Positions 1 to 12,988 of a stretch of DNA of 64,000 nt are shown here, piece after piece; positions within the stretch are counted from its first letter, which is position 1; every line of letters starts with the position of its first letter. A program made the position numbers and the translations under genes. The stretch lies in the NCBI RefSeq assembly GCF_009914755.1, contig NC_060926.1; one strand, 5' to 3'. The notes under the pieces are model-generated. The model worked only from the letters and a program-made list of their open reading frames with translations, searched no databases and was not told where the DNA came from. This DNA is from the human T2T-CHM13v2.0 reference genome, Homo sapiens.

Positions 1-1671
1 ATGCCCAGAAACTGGGACGTGAAAATGCCAGGAACCCTTTCAATAACTAGACTATGTGATAGATGCAGGAGAAACTCTCCAACCACCAAGATTACTCCTA
101 TGGAGCTGCCAAAGAACCAGATGCTTCCTTCAAAAGCATATCAATTTGGCGGTGAAAAACCCTGTGGCCTCAGCTCCAGTCGGGAAGGGCAGGTGGGATG
201 GCATGGTGCGGGATGCCTGTTCCCACTTGCCTCAGCAACCATCTTCTTCTGACAGCAAAACTGTGTTACTCCCAGGCTTGAAGGCATGAGCAAAATACAT
301 GGCTTTGCTATATATAAGGACGGGACTTGGAAATATTTGGTCTGAGGCCATGCAAAATGAATTCCATACATGGGGAGACTGTAATATCGAAAAAGATGAA
401 AATAGTTTCACTGCACTTGAAATTTTTATCTTCAAAGAAATTGAACATAGATGAAGGAAAAAATAGCTGCATTTAAAAAAAAAGTTTCATAATGCAGGAC
501 GTTAGAAAATAAAACTTTTTTTAACCAATACATATAACAAAGAGCAATTGTTTTTATGACTGCCATCTACCAAACCATCAACTGTGAAATCTTTCTCTTT
601 AATCACGAGTTTTTAAAGGCTCTATTCATGTGCATCCATTTTCACAAACTCTTGTGAAACTAGCATGACCTGGCTTGAAATAATAAACCCAAAGGGTTTC
701 TGTTGTAGTTGTTGTTGAGGCATTAGTGTTTTTATTTTTTTAAGAAAGCCAGGACTTCATTTCTGCATATGAAGCTCCTCGTGGTGTTCATCCTCACTTA
801 AATTTGCAGCCAAAATTATTTTTTCAGTCTCTTTAACCCTGGTGGGCCCCCTGAGAGCATGTGTGTTCTGGGCTTTTGTAATTAGGCAGCTTGCACCTGA
901 GCGTCTCCATCTCTAGTAATTAGAGCTCACCGCGGCAGTTTCCTTCCCAGCCGATCTGGCCATGGGGCCAGGAATGAACACATGGAGGAGTGATGAGGGT
1001 GGTGTGCGGCTGTCTTGACCTCTTCTGCACCTTACCCTACTTCAGGATGGCAGGGTTCTCAGTTACACCAGGGGTGCCTGAAAGGCAGGACCCGCATCCT
1101 CCATTCTACCCTCTCAGCACCGAGCAGGATCCCCTCTCGTGGAAAACAGCTCACCCCGTGTATTCATGCACAGCTATGTATTTTGAGGGAAGTGGCTCTT
1201 TCTGTTTTCATCTGTCACTGTCCACTAAGATACAAATAAAGAGAAAACCTCTGCATCTCTAAATGAAAACACTGAACGTATTCAGAATAGCTCCGTTTCA
1301 CAACCCCCTTCCATCTATCTACCCAAGTCATAGAGTGCAATGAACCTCAATGTCTTTTTTTCAAGCTGTTTTTCATTCTAAACACCTAAGTTGACTTTCC
1401 TGTCCCACTGCAGTAGCCAACAGCTAAAAATAAAATGAATTTCCCTGGGCAATATATAGAAAGGCATACTCTCTCACTTTTTTCCTTCGTGGGCTAGACA
1501 GATGCTTGCTGGTTCACTTGCCAATAATGATCGACCTGGCACTCGACTGAGCCTTCAAAACACTAAACATATCAAAGGCCCCAGGTTAACCTCTGAGATT
1601 TACTTTGGAGTAATTAATAGGTTTATAGTCCTTAAAATAATCTATGGATGTGCCAAAGAAAACTGTACAAC

Positions 1672-1740
1672 AGTACTGTCCGTTTAGAGGCCCCATCAAA
1701 CATGGGGGATGTCTGATGGGGCCTCGAAATGGACAGTACT
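1672..1740. repeat. Near-perfect inverted repeat, 32-bp arms, 5-nt loop
   Basis: 1672-1703 agtactgtccgtttagaggccccatcaaacat versus 1709-1740 atgtctgatggggcctcgaaatggacagtact: 29/32 Watson-Crick complementary. Confidence 0.95.
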
Positions 1741-2385
1741 ATTTCTAAACCTGGGGGATACTCCACAGCAGCCTCGCTGTCCAGCAAGTCAGACCATCAC
1801 GTCAAGCAGACATGAAGAGAGAGATGGGAACAAGCTAGGGGGATGTGGACAAGACGGCAATCTGCTTTGGGAAGAAGAGCATCAGCCCACAGCATCTTTT
1901 TTAATCTTTCCAACAGAGGCTCCAAAGCACCTCCTCAGCCCAACCAGCCTCCCTGATGAAACTCAGGGCTGTGGCTGGTCAGGAAGAGAAATGAAAGGAA
2001 GGGGAGGGGGACTGGCCATGGCAACAGAGGTGGGGAAGGGGAGGAGGGTGAGGAGCTGGCCGTTTTCCTTATCAAGTGGTCAGTGGTAGAGAAGACGGTG
2101 AGGTCACTCAGAAGACAACTGAGCTAGGGAGCAGCTGAGTGCCGCAGTTACTACCCGCCAGCAACAGTCGCATGTTCACCGGCGCTCTTTTCTTCTCGTT
2201 CTGCCTCTAAGAGGCACAGAAAACAGACAAGCAACTGCAGACTAATGTACTTCTTAATAAGAACAGCAGCTCCCGTGACTGCGTTCTCACCCTATGTCAG
2301 ATACTCTGCTAAGAACTGCCTTATGTCTTCCCCTTTAAGGCTATCAATGAATATTTATTATTTTAAGTGAGGGCTTTCAAAAATA

Positions 2386-2913
2386 CAGTTGATCCTTCAA
2401 CAACATGGATTTTAAAAACTGCACGGGTCCACTTATTGTAGGTTTTTTTTTTTTTTTGATAAAAGTTACAGCAAATGTGCCTGCCTCTCCTGCCTCCCTT
2501 TCCCCTCCCTCCACCTTTCCCACCTCTGCCAGTCCTGAGACAGCAAGCCCAACCCTTCTTCTTCCTCTTCAGCCAGTATACTCCACAGGAAGATGGAAAG
2601 AATGAAGACCTTTATGATGACCCACTTCCACTTAATGAATAGTAAACATATTTTCTCTTGCTTATGGTTTTCTTAATAACATTTTCTTTTCTCTAGCTTA
2701 TTGTAAGAATAATATCTATCATATATTAACAGTACATATAATACATGTAACATACAAAATGCATGTTAATCAACTGTTTATGTTATCAGTAGGGGTTCCA
2801 GTCAACATTAAGCTATTCATAGTTGAGCCTTTGGGAAGTCAAAAGTTATATGTGAATTTTTGACTGCATGAGGGTTGGCACCTCTAACCCCAGAGCTGTT
2901 CAAGGGTCAACAG
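2386..2913 (+). mobile_element. Tigger2-derived DNA transposon (Tigger2a/MER28-like)
   Basis: TIRs cagttgatccttcaacaac ... ctgttcaagggtcaacag, preceded by TA. Confidence 0.8.
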
Positions 2914-2919
2914 CACACA

Positions 2920-3265
2920 CTCCTGAGTTCCAAGAATAGTCTACCACTTGCTGATCACATGATCTAAGGCAAGTAACTCAACCTTCAAAAGAAAACCTTT
3001 CTTGATCTGTAAAACAGGAATAACAGAATTAATAATGCATGTAAGGCATGTACTTAGCTGGTGCAGACAATGATTCTGATAACAGCTAATGTTTACATTA
3101 TCCTATACCTACTCTATAGTGCTCACACACAAACAGAATGAGGCACAAGAGAGGCCCAGTAATGTGTCCAGCCCCACAGCTAGTCAGCGGTAACATCAGG
3201 ATTCCAACCTATAAGTCTGGTACCAGAGTCCATGTTCTTAAACCATTAATCTACGATGCCTCTCA
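2920..3265. mobile_element. Two MIR fragments in opposite orientation
   Basis: MIR core-like motifs (ggcaagtaactcaacct...atctgtaaaacaggaataac; tgaggcacaagag...ggattccaacc). Confidence 0.6.
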
Positions 3266-3900
3266 AGTAAATAGTCAATAAGTGGTAGGTGTGAGGCTGT
3301 AGGAAAAAGAGGAGACGAAGGGACAGGAAAGCAGTCCTCATTGGAAAACTAGGTTTCGACTGGCACTGTTGGACTGGGCTGCAGTTTAGGTCCTCCCACT
3401 GCTGAGTTCCCTCACTTCATCTCCTGGTGCTTCTGGTTTCCCATTTATAAAATGCAAGGGAAGGATTCTATTTATGTCACAAGGTGCATCTAAGGAGTAA
3501 AAAGTCACGTCATGTTTGACCAATGTTAGTCAGATCAAGATTTATTTTAGATAAATTATCTGTTAGTTTTAATTACCATGACTCAGTTTTTATGTTCACT
3601 TTTTGGTCAAAGCTAAATAAAATATATAAATATATAAAATCTGGGCTCCAACCAGACTCCCACACACTCTCAGCCAGGCATCTTGAGCAGGTACCATCCC
3701 TCTTGTCCAATGGCTGTGTAAAAGTGAGGGCAGGAATCCGCCTTGACAAAGAAAGTTCAACCGTCTAAACTCAGTGGATTTGAAACTATTTCAGAATAGG
3801 ATTTCTCAGAATGAAAACAAATCTATGACTCCTCTTAACAGCCAAAAAAAAAAAAATCTTGAAATAATGACTTTAAGAGTAAGACTTTAAAAATACAGAT

Positions 3901-4086
3901 CTACACTTTCCACTGTAACAGCCACTAACCACATATGGCATTTAAATGTAAATTAATTAAAATTAAGTTAAATGCTAAGCTCAGTTTCTTGGTCCCGACG
4001 GCCACGTGGAGCCAATGGCACCCGTGCTGGATGGCTCGGATCTAGGGCCTCTCCACCGTCGCTGAAGGCGCTCTTGAGCAGTGCTG
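3901..4086. mobile_element. MER3-like hAT-Charlie element
   Basis: agccactaaccacatatggcatttaaatgtaaattaattaaaattaa resembles the MER3/MER33 consensus. Confidence 0.65.
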
Positions 4087-6189
4087 AGCCACATGCTACG
4101 TGGACAAGTCAATTTTCCTTTAACATGTGCCCAATGTACTTTATTTAAAACACTGAACTTCTTATAATATTTGTCACTCCTACATTATTCCATTATTTAT
4201 GTAGTCCTTCCCTTTGTTCCTTGGCTCTGTCATAGTGGTGACAGAAGGTGAATGCAATTACTGATTTACTTTTCTATCTCCCCAAGGAGACGGTGAGTTC
4301 CAGAACTCGGTAAATGCTGAGTCTTACAATTCTCAAAGGCACAACACAGACCCCGTCCTTATTACATTACCATCCTACACCACGAGGATAAACTCCAGAC
4401 AATCTGAATACAACTTGAAAACATTTTTAATTACTCAAAAAATAATCCGTAGTATATATTCTCAACAATTTTTTTAAACAAGATACAGTTGGAGTGATTA
4501 AAATCTTGAGTTAAAAAAAGTCAGCGATTAGCTCTAAGCCAATGTTTAGGCAATGCAGTAATGCTTAAGTTCTTTATTCAACCATTAGTATACTGATGAA
4601 ATTCTCTGTAAGGAGTAAAACATCATGTCCTCTGTGACAAATTAAGCTACAAAGCTGTTTCCTCTGTTCTCTGCTTTCTAGCTTGTATTAACTAGTGCCA
4701 TAAAAGAAAGCCTTTAAGATAATATTTATTTGCAGAAACAAACACTGATTCAAGGCACTTAGAAGCACATATGTGCAATGAGGGGAACACTTGAGGGAAT
4801 CCTAATATTTTATCATGTCCTGGATATTACTGCCGTTGTACCTGCATATCTCCATACTCATCCCACTCTCGATATTTCATGTCAAGCTCTACTCCCAACC
4901 AAAGACGTTCTGGTGTTATACCTGCAGATTACCCACAATAATGGCACCAGTAAATATCACGTCTCACCCTTTGTCAGAACTGTCTAAGATTACATAAACA
5001 TGACATATTTTAAGAAGGAATGCATCCCTGTTGTTTACAATGTAACAAAGATAATGCCGTGACAAATATCCTAAGCTATAAATAAAGACATTTACCATTG
5101 TACTGCACTTACTCATCTCTGGGTTGAACAAATGTTAATTATAGAGAATTTGAAAATGGGACTTGTTAATGCCATTTTTAATTTAGCATGTTACAGTGTA
5201 AATGTTTTCCATTGTGTTAATTTACACCTGTTATCACAAGCTTCATTATTAGGTTTATAGTGGAGCAGCTCTCCGTGACTCTGAAATTTGCTTAAAATGG
5301 CAGAAACAATTACTAATTAGAAGGGCATGTTTACTTTAATTATATTTATTTCCTAGTCTAGTTTTACATGTAATGTACTATGGAAGTGTATGATTTAATT
5401 AGTGAAACCCATTTATGAAGAGCAATTTCTCAAATGAGTACTGCTTACAAAATACAACAGATTCTTTCAGTGTTTCGTAAATTCCTTGGGTGATATTTCT
5501 ACAGAGAGATATCCACATGGAAATCTTTCACTCATGAGTTCAGAGCATTTCCCGTTTTTGTTCCAAATACTGCAATAATTACCAGTAACAAGAATTCAGC
5601 TCTAGAAATTTTTAATGCAAATCTTAATATATGGTGTGCAAAATGTAGAAATGTATGAGTATAATCTTTAAAAATCTATAACCAAAATGAACATGGGATT
5701 TCTTTATTGATGTTCACGCTCACAAATTTCAAATCCTATTTTATCAAATCCTACTGACAGTCACACTCACAAATTTAAAAATCCCACCTTAATATATAAA
5801 AAGCAAATTCGGTTTTTTAAAATAAAAAAGACATGGCTTTTTTCCTCTCTGAAGTCATTTCTCTGGCTTCCAAAGCACAACTGCCTTTTGTTTTTGTCAA
5901 ATATTGAGGCACAGTAACTACCAATGAAATAACCAATTCAGGCAAAGATCATTCTGCGAAAGACTACGGGGAATGGGATATTCACCTGGTCTCAAAAGAT
6001 CACCCCACAGGCTCCTTAATCACAAAAGGAAGAAAGAACCTTATAGCACAGAGAAATCTGGTGGCCACAGCCTTATTCATGTGACCACACATCCCACCAA
6101 AGGGATAGTGTGACACCGTGTACTTCCTGTGGTGCCACAGGGGAAGGCCACTCTGTCTTGATGGGATATTCTCGCATCTTATAGGAGGA

Positions 6190-6660
6190 AACAATTGGAA
6201 CTGGGGGACATTCCGCAAGACCTAGCCTGGACTTTTCAAGATGCTACATGTCACAAAAGACTTTGAAAAAGCTGGAAGACTATTATAGATTCAAAATGAG
6301 GCTAATGAGATGTGACAACTAAACATAATGTGTGATCTCTGGCTAGATTTCGGACTTTAGAAAATAACGGCCATAAGAAAAATTACTAAGACAATTAAGG
6401 AAATCTGAATATAAACTGTGCACTAGATATTATTATATTCAGGTTAAAGTGTCCTGAGTTACACTAGAAATGTTTAGGGATTAACTGTAGTGACCTGAAA
6501 GAGTCTTTCAAATGTTCAGAAAACAAAGTGAGAGCTATCAAGAGAATGTGGCAGAATGGCTAGTGAATGTGGGTGATGAGTATTCGCCCATCTCCATGAC
6601 ACCATTTTTTAAACTTTTCTATATACTTGAAATTTTAAAAAATCACAGTTGGGAAAATAT
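6190..6660 (+). mobile_element. Old L1 (L1MC/ME-type) 3' UTR fragment
   Basis: gacaactaaacataatgtgtgatc...ggaaatctgaatataaactgtgcactagat motifs. Confidence 0.55.
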
Positions 6661-6808
6661 AAATAATCCAATGGGCAGAGTGGGAGGTCAAACTAGGAGT
6701 ACTCCTCATACAACATCTTACACCCCAAACTTCAAGAAACATTACTGCCCTATTCTGAATGTAAGCTTTCTAGCATTAATGTTAAACCCATTAAAATGGC
6801 AGTTACTC

Positions 6809-7088
6809 GGCCAGGCGTAGTGGCTCACGCCTGTAATCCCAGCACTTTGAGAGGCTGAGGTGGACAAACCACGAGGTCAGGAGTTCAAGACCAGCCTGGC
6901 CAACATGGTGAAACCCTGTCTCTACTAAAAATACAAAAATTAGCCAGGCATGGTGGCATGCGCCTGTAGTCCCAGCTACTTAGGAGGCTGAGACAAGAGA
7001 ATTGCTTGAACCAGGGGTGAGCCGAGATCACACCACTGCACTCCAGCCTGGGTGACAGAGCAAGACTTCATCTCGGGGGGGAAAAAAA
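6809..7088 (+). mobile_element. AluS (Sg-like) with a short right-arm deletion
   Basis: ggccaggcgtagtggctcacgcc start, A5TACA6 linker, TSD-like aaa(t/a)ggcagtta. Confidence 0.92.
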
Positions 7089-7191
7089 GGCAGTTATGCT
7101 TGCAAATGGCTTCACGGTTGTCTCTCAAAATATTTAGTCACAACATTCCCATGAAGCACATTCTTCACATTGTCACATAAACATTCTTATG

Positions 7192-7324
7192 TTTTATTTT
7201 ACTTTTTATTTTTGGGATAGGGTCTTGCTCTGTCACCCAGGCTAGAGTGCAGTGGCACGATCATAGCTCACTGAAGTCTTGATCATAGCTCACTGCCGTC
7301 TTGCAGTTCAAGACTCCTGGATCG
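7192..7324 (-). mobile_element. AluJ/FRAM right-arm fragment with an internal 22-bp tandem duplication
   Basis: T-rich tail then agggtcttgctctgtcacccaggctagagtgcagtgg; gatcatagctcactg..gtctt occurs twice. Confidence 0.8.
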
Positions 7325-10300
7325 AATATTCTTGTTTTTAGATCCCAGAAAGAATCCATGCCACAGAGCAGCCAAGATGTTTCTTGTATAAAGACTCATG
7401 CATCTTGCCAGCTTAGGTGAGAGTTCCTGTACTTGCTGTCTAGAAAAGATGTAACTGCAGAGTGTGTTTCAATTTTAAGATCCTTACTATAAGGTCCACT
7501 ACACAGCACTGTGCACAAGTGTGCAAAAACACACTTTCTTAAAGGAAAGTAAACGTCAGTGCACGTAGGATTTTGTCTGACCGAGAGAAATCCCCAAGCA
7601 CCCTAAAGGGCAGATCATTACCCCCTCATCTCCCAGCAGTCCCTGCTTCACATTTCCACACTGCCCCTGCAGATGCAGATGGGCTTGACTGATGCACCAA
7701 TTTCCATGCAGGAGCTGATGCTGACAACCTCTTCTGGGGATGCTGCTATTGACTAATGTGGAGTAACAGCCAACAAGGGAACAGTCCCGCGGAAAGAAGA
7801 CCTGCCAGAAGAATGCCACATTCCAGGTTCCCTGTCTCCCATCCTCTCCTACCCAGACAGAGAAACTGCCCAACATGCTCTCCGCTAATCCTTGTGACTG
7901 ACACAAAGCTTTCCAGCAACCTATGTCGTTTTTAGAAATGCTGGGGAAGTTATTTACAAGAGTCCTGATTTCTCCCCACGGCAAAGCCCATTTCTTCCAC
8001 CTCAAATAGTCATTCAGGTAGTCTTCTTTAAATGTGGTTATCCTGCCGGTTAGGGCAGACATCAAGCCCCTTTGTTTAAATGCGCACCCACTCCCACCCC
8101 AGCCCTGGATGAAACCCCTGGGGTAGACCAGCCCTAATAAGGGAGGTAAAAAGTATTTTGAAAGAGAGCTGGAGAATACGAGCTGAGCCCACGCAACGGC
8201 TCCCAGGAAGATGTCGAGGGGCTTCCATGAAGAACTAGTTAAGACGGGAGCTGATCTGCAGATAAATCAGCAGCTCAGCAGCTTTCAACTCAGTCTTCAA
8301 ACATACTGCTCTTGCAATGTTCTGAGGCTGAAAATAGATATTCTGTCTCCAGAAAAGGAAGAATTAGGATGAGGCCAAGCTTGTTAGGAGAAACAAGAGA
8401 AGCTGGTATTGAACCTGATTAGACAGGAGCATCTTGCTAGTCCCCTTTCCCAAGCTGTAAAAAGTTAAGATGAAAAAAACCAGCATGGCTCACATTTCTT
8501 ATCTACTGTTAATATAGAGTTTAAATTAAAACTCAGGGGGTCTCTACATGGACAGATGACTTGTAAGTGTCCGCCTCTGTGTGTTCACAGATGTACAACA
8601 TACACTGTGTGTGTGTGTTTCAAGAAGGGACAGCCCAGATAAAGGGAGGTTACTGAAGCAGGCTAAGTTTCAGCAAAATGTAACCTTCACCTTAGAAACC
8701 AGGAACCAGAGTAATTAGATTACAATCTTTCCAACACTATGGGAGAGATTTGATCAATTAAAGCCAAGATCAGTTACATTATTTGGTTTACCTAAGTAAT
8801 GGACCCTTAAATGCAATCAATACTTCTCTAGGCTGTGAGTCTTCAAGACCTGAGATGCATTCAAAAAACACAAATGGATTTTCAAAGGGCCTCGGGATGT
8901 TCATCACAGGCTGAGGAGGAGGACTGCAGAGGGTGGGGGGCAGAAGGAAACAGACAACAGACCTGAGCTTGCTGTATGAAGTCTTCATTTCCTTCCCTCA
9001 CTGATGTGCTGCTTTCATGTTCATTTTGTAGTTCATGTATGAATTAAATTTGTTTTACCAAAGAACCTTAATCTAGGGATGAGCAGCCATGTCACTCAAT
9101 TCATTTTAAAATTACAGCATTAAAACTCATTTAATAGGATAAAGAATACGATTAAGATTTCTATTTGTGTTTCTGAAAATCCACAAAACTTACATTGGGA
9201 AGTTACGAAGAAAAAGGCAGAAGTAGCTCTAGATCTTCTACCTCGTCCCCCATGCCATCCCTTCCACAACATGGATTTAGGGAAGGACAATGACCCAGTA
9301 TGCTTGGGACCCAGGGCCATGACCCAGTATGCTTGGGACCTACCTGGAGCTGACCATATCCTGCCTTCTAGAACTACCCTGGCTTAGAGTGGATCCATAA
9401 CAGTCCCGTGTTAACAGCAAACTTTCACACCACCTATACTCCTTGTCCCCACTCTATGTGCAGGGTCTGTCTCCAGTCCTCCCTTACCCAGACAGAGGAA
9501 CTGCTCCACAGGAACCCAGGAAATGCTCCTGGGTTTAGAGATTGTGATTCAACTTGGTGGGTCCATTTGCCAAATCATACTGTTTTAAAGCCTAAAAATA
9601 ATGTATCTGTATGTCCAGATAGAACACTGCCCAGGCCACTCTCAGTCCATTCACTAATGAGGACTCCTGCAGGGGCAGGGCAGGACAGGGCGCTGCACCT
9701 GCTCACATTTCCTCCAGCCGCCTTCCCCAGTACGAGCTTGAGCATGCGCACCTGCAACATGTGAGGCTCTTATCAGTGATTTTGTTTAACACACTTGTAA
9801 TAATTAGAAAGTGAAGCAACTAATTCCTGACTTCCCCAAGAGCAGGGCTTCTGTTAAAAGGTGTGGGGAAACGTGACAAGAGGGGAAGTGGAGAGGGGGA
9901 AATTGATCCTGAGAGTTTACTCTGCATAGCTTTGAAGTCTCTGCAGTAATGATGAAGACAAGCTAAGGTAATCTAAAACAACAGGTAATCAAAAAGTCAT
10001 TTATGTTTACCTTTTATCATCAATTATCTTCCTCTTGGCAGCAGTTGAAAAATTATGTTTTACTCAAAAGTCAGGCTGTTGACTTTATTTATACAACACT
10101 TGAACTGTGTTGGGTGTCAGCGTGTTAGCCACTGTGGAATTTCAAATTCTGCTGTTTGACAGTACCCGAGAGTTGACTCTGAGAGTGGTCTTCTAATAAC
10201 TGTATTCTTGGTTCCTAAAATGAGATGTTTTAGCTCAGTGCCAGGAGTGTGAAAACACATGGGGGCATTACATTAGAAACCTGGGACCTGTCAATTAATA

Positions 10301-11134
10301 TCATTTTCCTCCAACATGAAGAAAATACATCCAGAGCTCAGTCTTCTCATTTATGGAATGGGGATAATAATGTGTAGCTTGCCTTTCATAGTTGTCTTTT
10401 AGACCAGGAAAGATAATGTATAAGAAGCACCTAGAATCATCTTTGACATGGGGTGGGAGCACAGCCTATTATGATGAGACATATCCCTGAAAAAGAGTCC
10501 CTTTGAGTGTCTTCGTCTTTCCGGCTGAATCATCTGCTGATTCAAGAAGAGGAGGCCATATGCAGACAGCACAAAGGGAACTCCCCCATGGAGCTTCAGA
10601 TGGTAGCCCTGCACTCACTTAATTATTCACGCCAGCATGAAATCTGCCTGACATCCCTCTTCCTCATCCTCTTGACAGCAACAGCATTAAAGGATTAAGT
10701 AGTATTTGGGGCTCTGAAGGGGCCTGAAGAGTGTTTGTGTACAAAAGGAAGAGCTCACAATCCAAGTACATAAGACAGCGGACATCACTTGGGTTTACAT
10801 TGACCTCCTCTGTATCTAGGCAATGGTCTCTTCAAAATCAAGCACCACACCCCCAATGGCTGCAGTTCTCCATCCTGGTTAAGGCCTCTCCTTCTGAGGA
10901 ATGACTTCTTCCATTTAACAGTCAGTCTAACCCTGAGGGCTGGAGAGGGCCACAGAGGTCATTAACACAACCTCTACACCTGCTGAACAGTGTGGCAGGA
11001 AGAACATAGGGCTGTGGAGTGAGAAGACCTAATAACCCAAGAGCTACCTTGGCCACTGACCAAGTGGGGGCACCTTGGGAAAGTTACATCCTCTGAGACT
11101 CTGTTTTCTCATCCACAGGATGAGGAAGTTGCAT

Positions 11135-11616
11135 TAGATGGATTTTCTGTGTCATCTTGGTTGGGCCATGGGGTGCCACACATTTAGTCAAACATTATTC
11201 TGGCTGTTTCTGGATAGAAGTAACATTTCAATCTGAGTAAAGCAGGTTGCCCTCCCTAACATGGGTAGGCCCCAGACAATTGGCTGAAAGCCAGAACAGA
11301 ATCAAAAGGCAGACCCCTCCTAGATATAAGGGGGAATCTCTTTCTGCTTGACTGCCTTGAGCCTGCGACATCAGTTTTTCCCTGCCTTTGGACTCAAAAT
11401 GAAACACTGGGTTTTCCTAGGTCTTAAGTCTGCCAGCCTTTGAACTGGAACTCACACCACTGGCTCTCCTGCATCTCCAGCATGCTGAGTCATTCTGCAG
11501 ATCTTGGAACTTGTTGACCTCCATAATCACATAAGCCAATTCCTTATCCTAAGGATTTACGTGTATTGTTTTCCATCCATCCTATTGGTTCTATTTCCCT
11601 GGAAAATCCTAATACA
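11135..11616 (+). mobile_element. MLT2 (ERVL) solo LTR adjoining a MIR
   Basis: gtcaaacattattctgg...ctccataatcacataagccaattcc...cctattggttctatttccctggaaaatcctaataca. Confidence 0.8.
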
Positions 11617-12292
11617 ATCCCCAAAGATGAACTTTCATTTCTAACCCCTACCAAATGGCCATCTGATCCACTTGTACACCTCTTAGAGACAAGACTGCAC
11701 TGCTCCCTGTGGCACCTCACCCTGCTCTAAGGGCAGTGGAGGTCAGCCTCTTGGGAAGCACTACCCCAGGTGACTCCAAAGCTGAACCAGCCACATTCCC
11801 ACCCACAAAGAGTGTTTCTCCAACAGGTGTGATTTGACCTGAGCAGATACAGTAGAAATTTTACCCCTGCTTTCACTGTAATTATGTCAATGTAGGCTGA
11901 GATTGCCTTGGTTGTTATTGTTGGGTTTTATCTCGTTTTGGGTTTCCTGGTTATCACATACTGTTCGTTGGCTCATATTGAGTCTGCAGTTAACCCTTAA
12001 CTCATTTTCACATCCATTTCACTGGGTGTGGCCAAATCACCACCTGACACTTCTGAAAGAGACTTTTAGTACATAGGGAAGGCCTTTATATTTTTTACTA
12101 TACCAACATCATCTTGTTACCTTAGGGCCAGAATTTTTGCAGTTCTTACCCTGTCATCTAAAGAACCATGTCCACCTCTCCCTCTGTGTCATCCAGAGAT
12201 TGGATTGCACAGTACATCATTAACCCTCATAGGAAACAGGAGATGGCACACACGCCCTTGCTGCACTCCCCACTAGCACCCTCCCTCCTGGC

Positions 12293-12339
12293 CAGTGGTC
12301 TCCAGCTCTGACTTCACATTACAATCACCTAGAAATCTT

Positions 12340-12373
<34 letters not shown>

Positions 12374-12497
12374 GAAAAATGCCAGGCTCAACCTCTGATT
12401 CTGATTTAGTTGGAGGGGCTGAGGAGGAAAGATGCTTGGGCATTAGTAAGAATGCTTTAGGTGATTCTAATGTACAGCAGGCTGAGAACCAGTGTTC
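12293..12497. mobile_element. MER5 family hAT element with an expanded A-rich centre
   Basis: cagtggtctcc...aatcacctag...ggtgattctaatgtacagc..tgagaaccagtg. Confidence 0.75.
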
Positions 12498-12506
12498 TGT
12501 CTAGGC

Positions 12507-12710
12507 CAGAGATCAGCAAACTTTGTCTGTTAAAGAGCCAGAAAGCAAATATTATAGGCTTTGCGGGCCAAATGGTCTCTAAAGCAACTGCTCAGCTCTG
12601 CTACTGTAGCACGAAAGCAGCCTTAAACAATACATAATAAACAAATGGGCACAACTGTGTTCCAATACAACTTTATTTATAAAAACAAGCAACAGGCCAT
12701 TTTGCCCCAG
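12507..12710 (+). mobile_element. MER58A-like hAT element
   Basis: cagagatcagcaaactt...aaatattataggctttgcgggcca...ctgtgttccaatacaactttattt. Confidence 0.8.
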
Positions 12711-12764
12711 AAGCTATTTCATTAGTTGATCAATCTGTTCATCACCCAGTTTTAAAATAGTTGT

Positions 12765-12924
12765 GGGCCCAGCACAGTGGCTCACACCTGTAATCCCAGA
12801 GCTTTCAGAGTCGGAGAAGGAAGGACTGCTTGAGGCCAGGAGATCAAGGTTACAATGAGCTATGATCATGCACTCCAGCCTGGGCAACAGAGTAAGACCC
12901 TGTCACTTAGAACAAAAAAAAAAA
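12765..12924 (+). mobile_element. Alu monomer (FAM/FRAM-like or internally deleted AluJ)
   Basis: Alu 5' end runs into gagctatgatcatgcactccagcctgggcaac and an A tail within 160 nt. Confidence 0.8.
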
Positions 12925-12933
12925 TCGCTGTCT

Positions 12934-12935
<2 letters not shown>

Positions 12936-12986
<51 letters not shown>
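12936..12986. repeat. (CA)25 microsatellite
   Basis: Counted directly. Confidence 0.97.

Positions 12987-12988
<2 letters not shown>

Noticed and set aside
1-435. Overlapping ORFs at the window start (83 aa from base 1 and others)
   Set aside because: No recognisable protein or exon structure; the ATG at base 1 is a boundary coincidence.
7556-8065. 169-aa minus-strand ORF
   Set aside because: Non-ATG start, no similarity to AFF3 or any family I recognise, no convincing splice sites.
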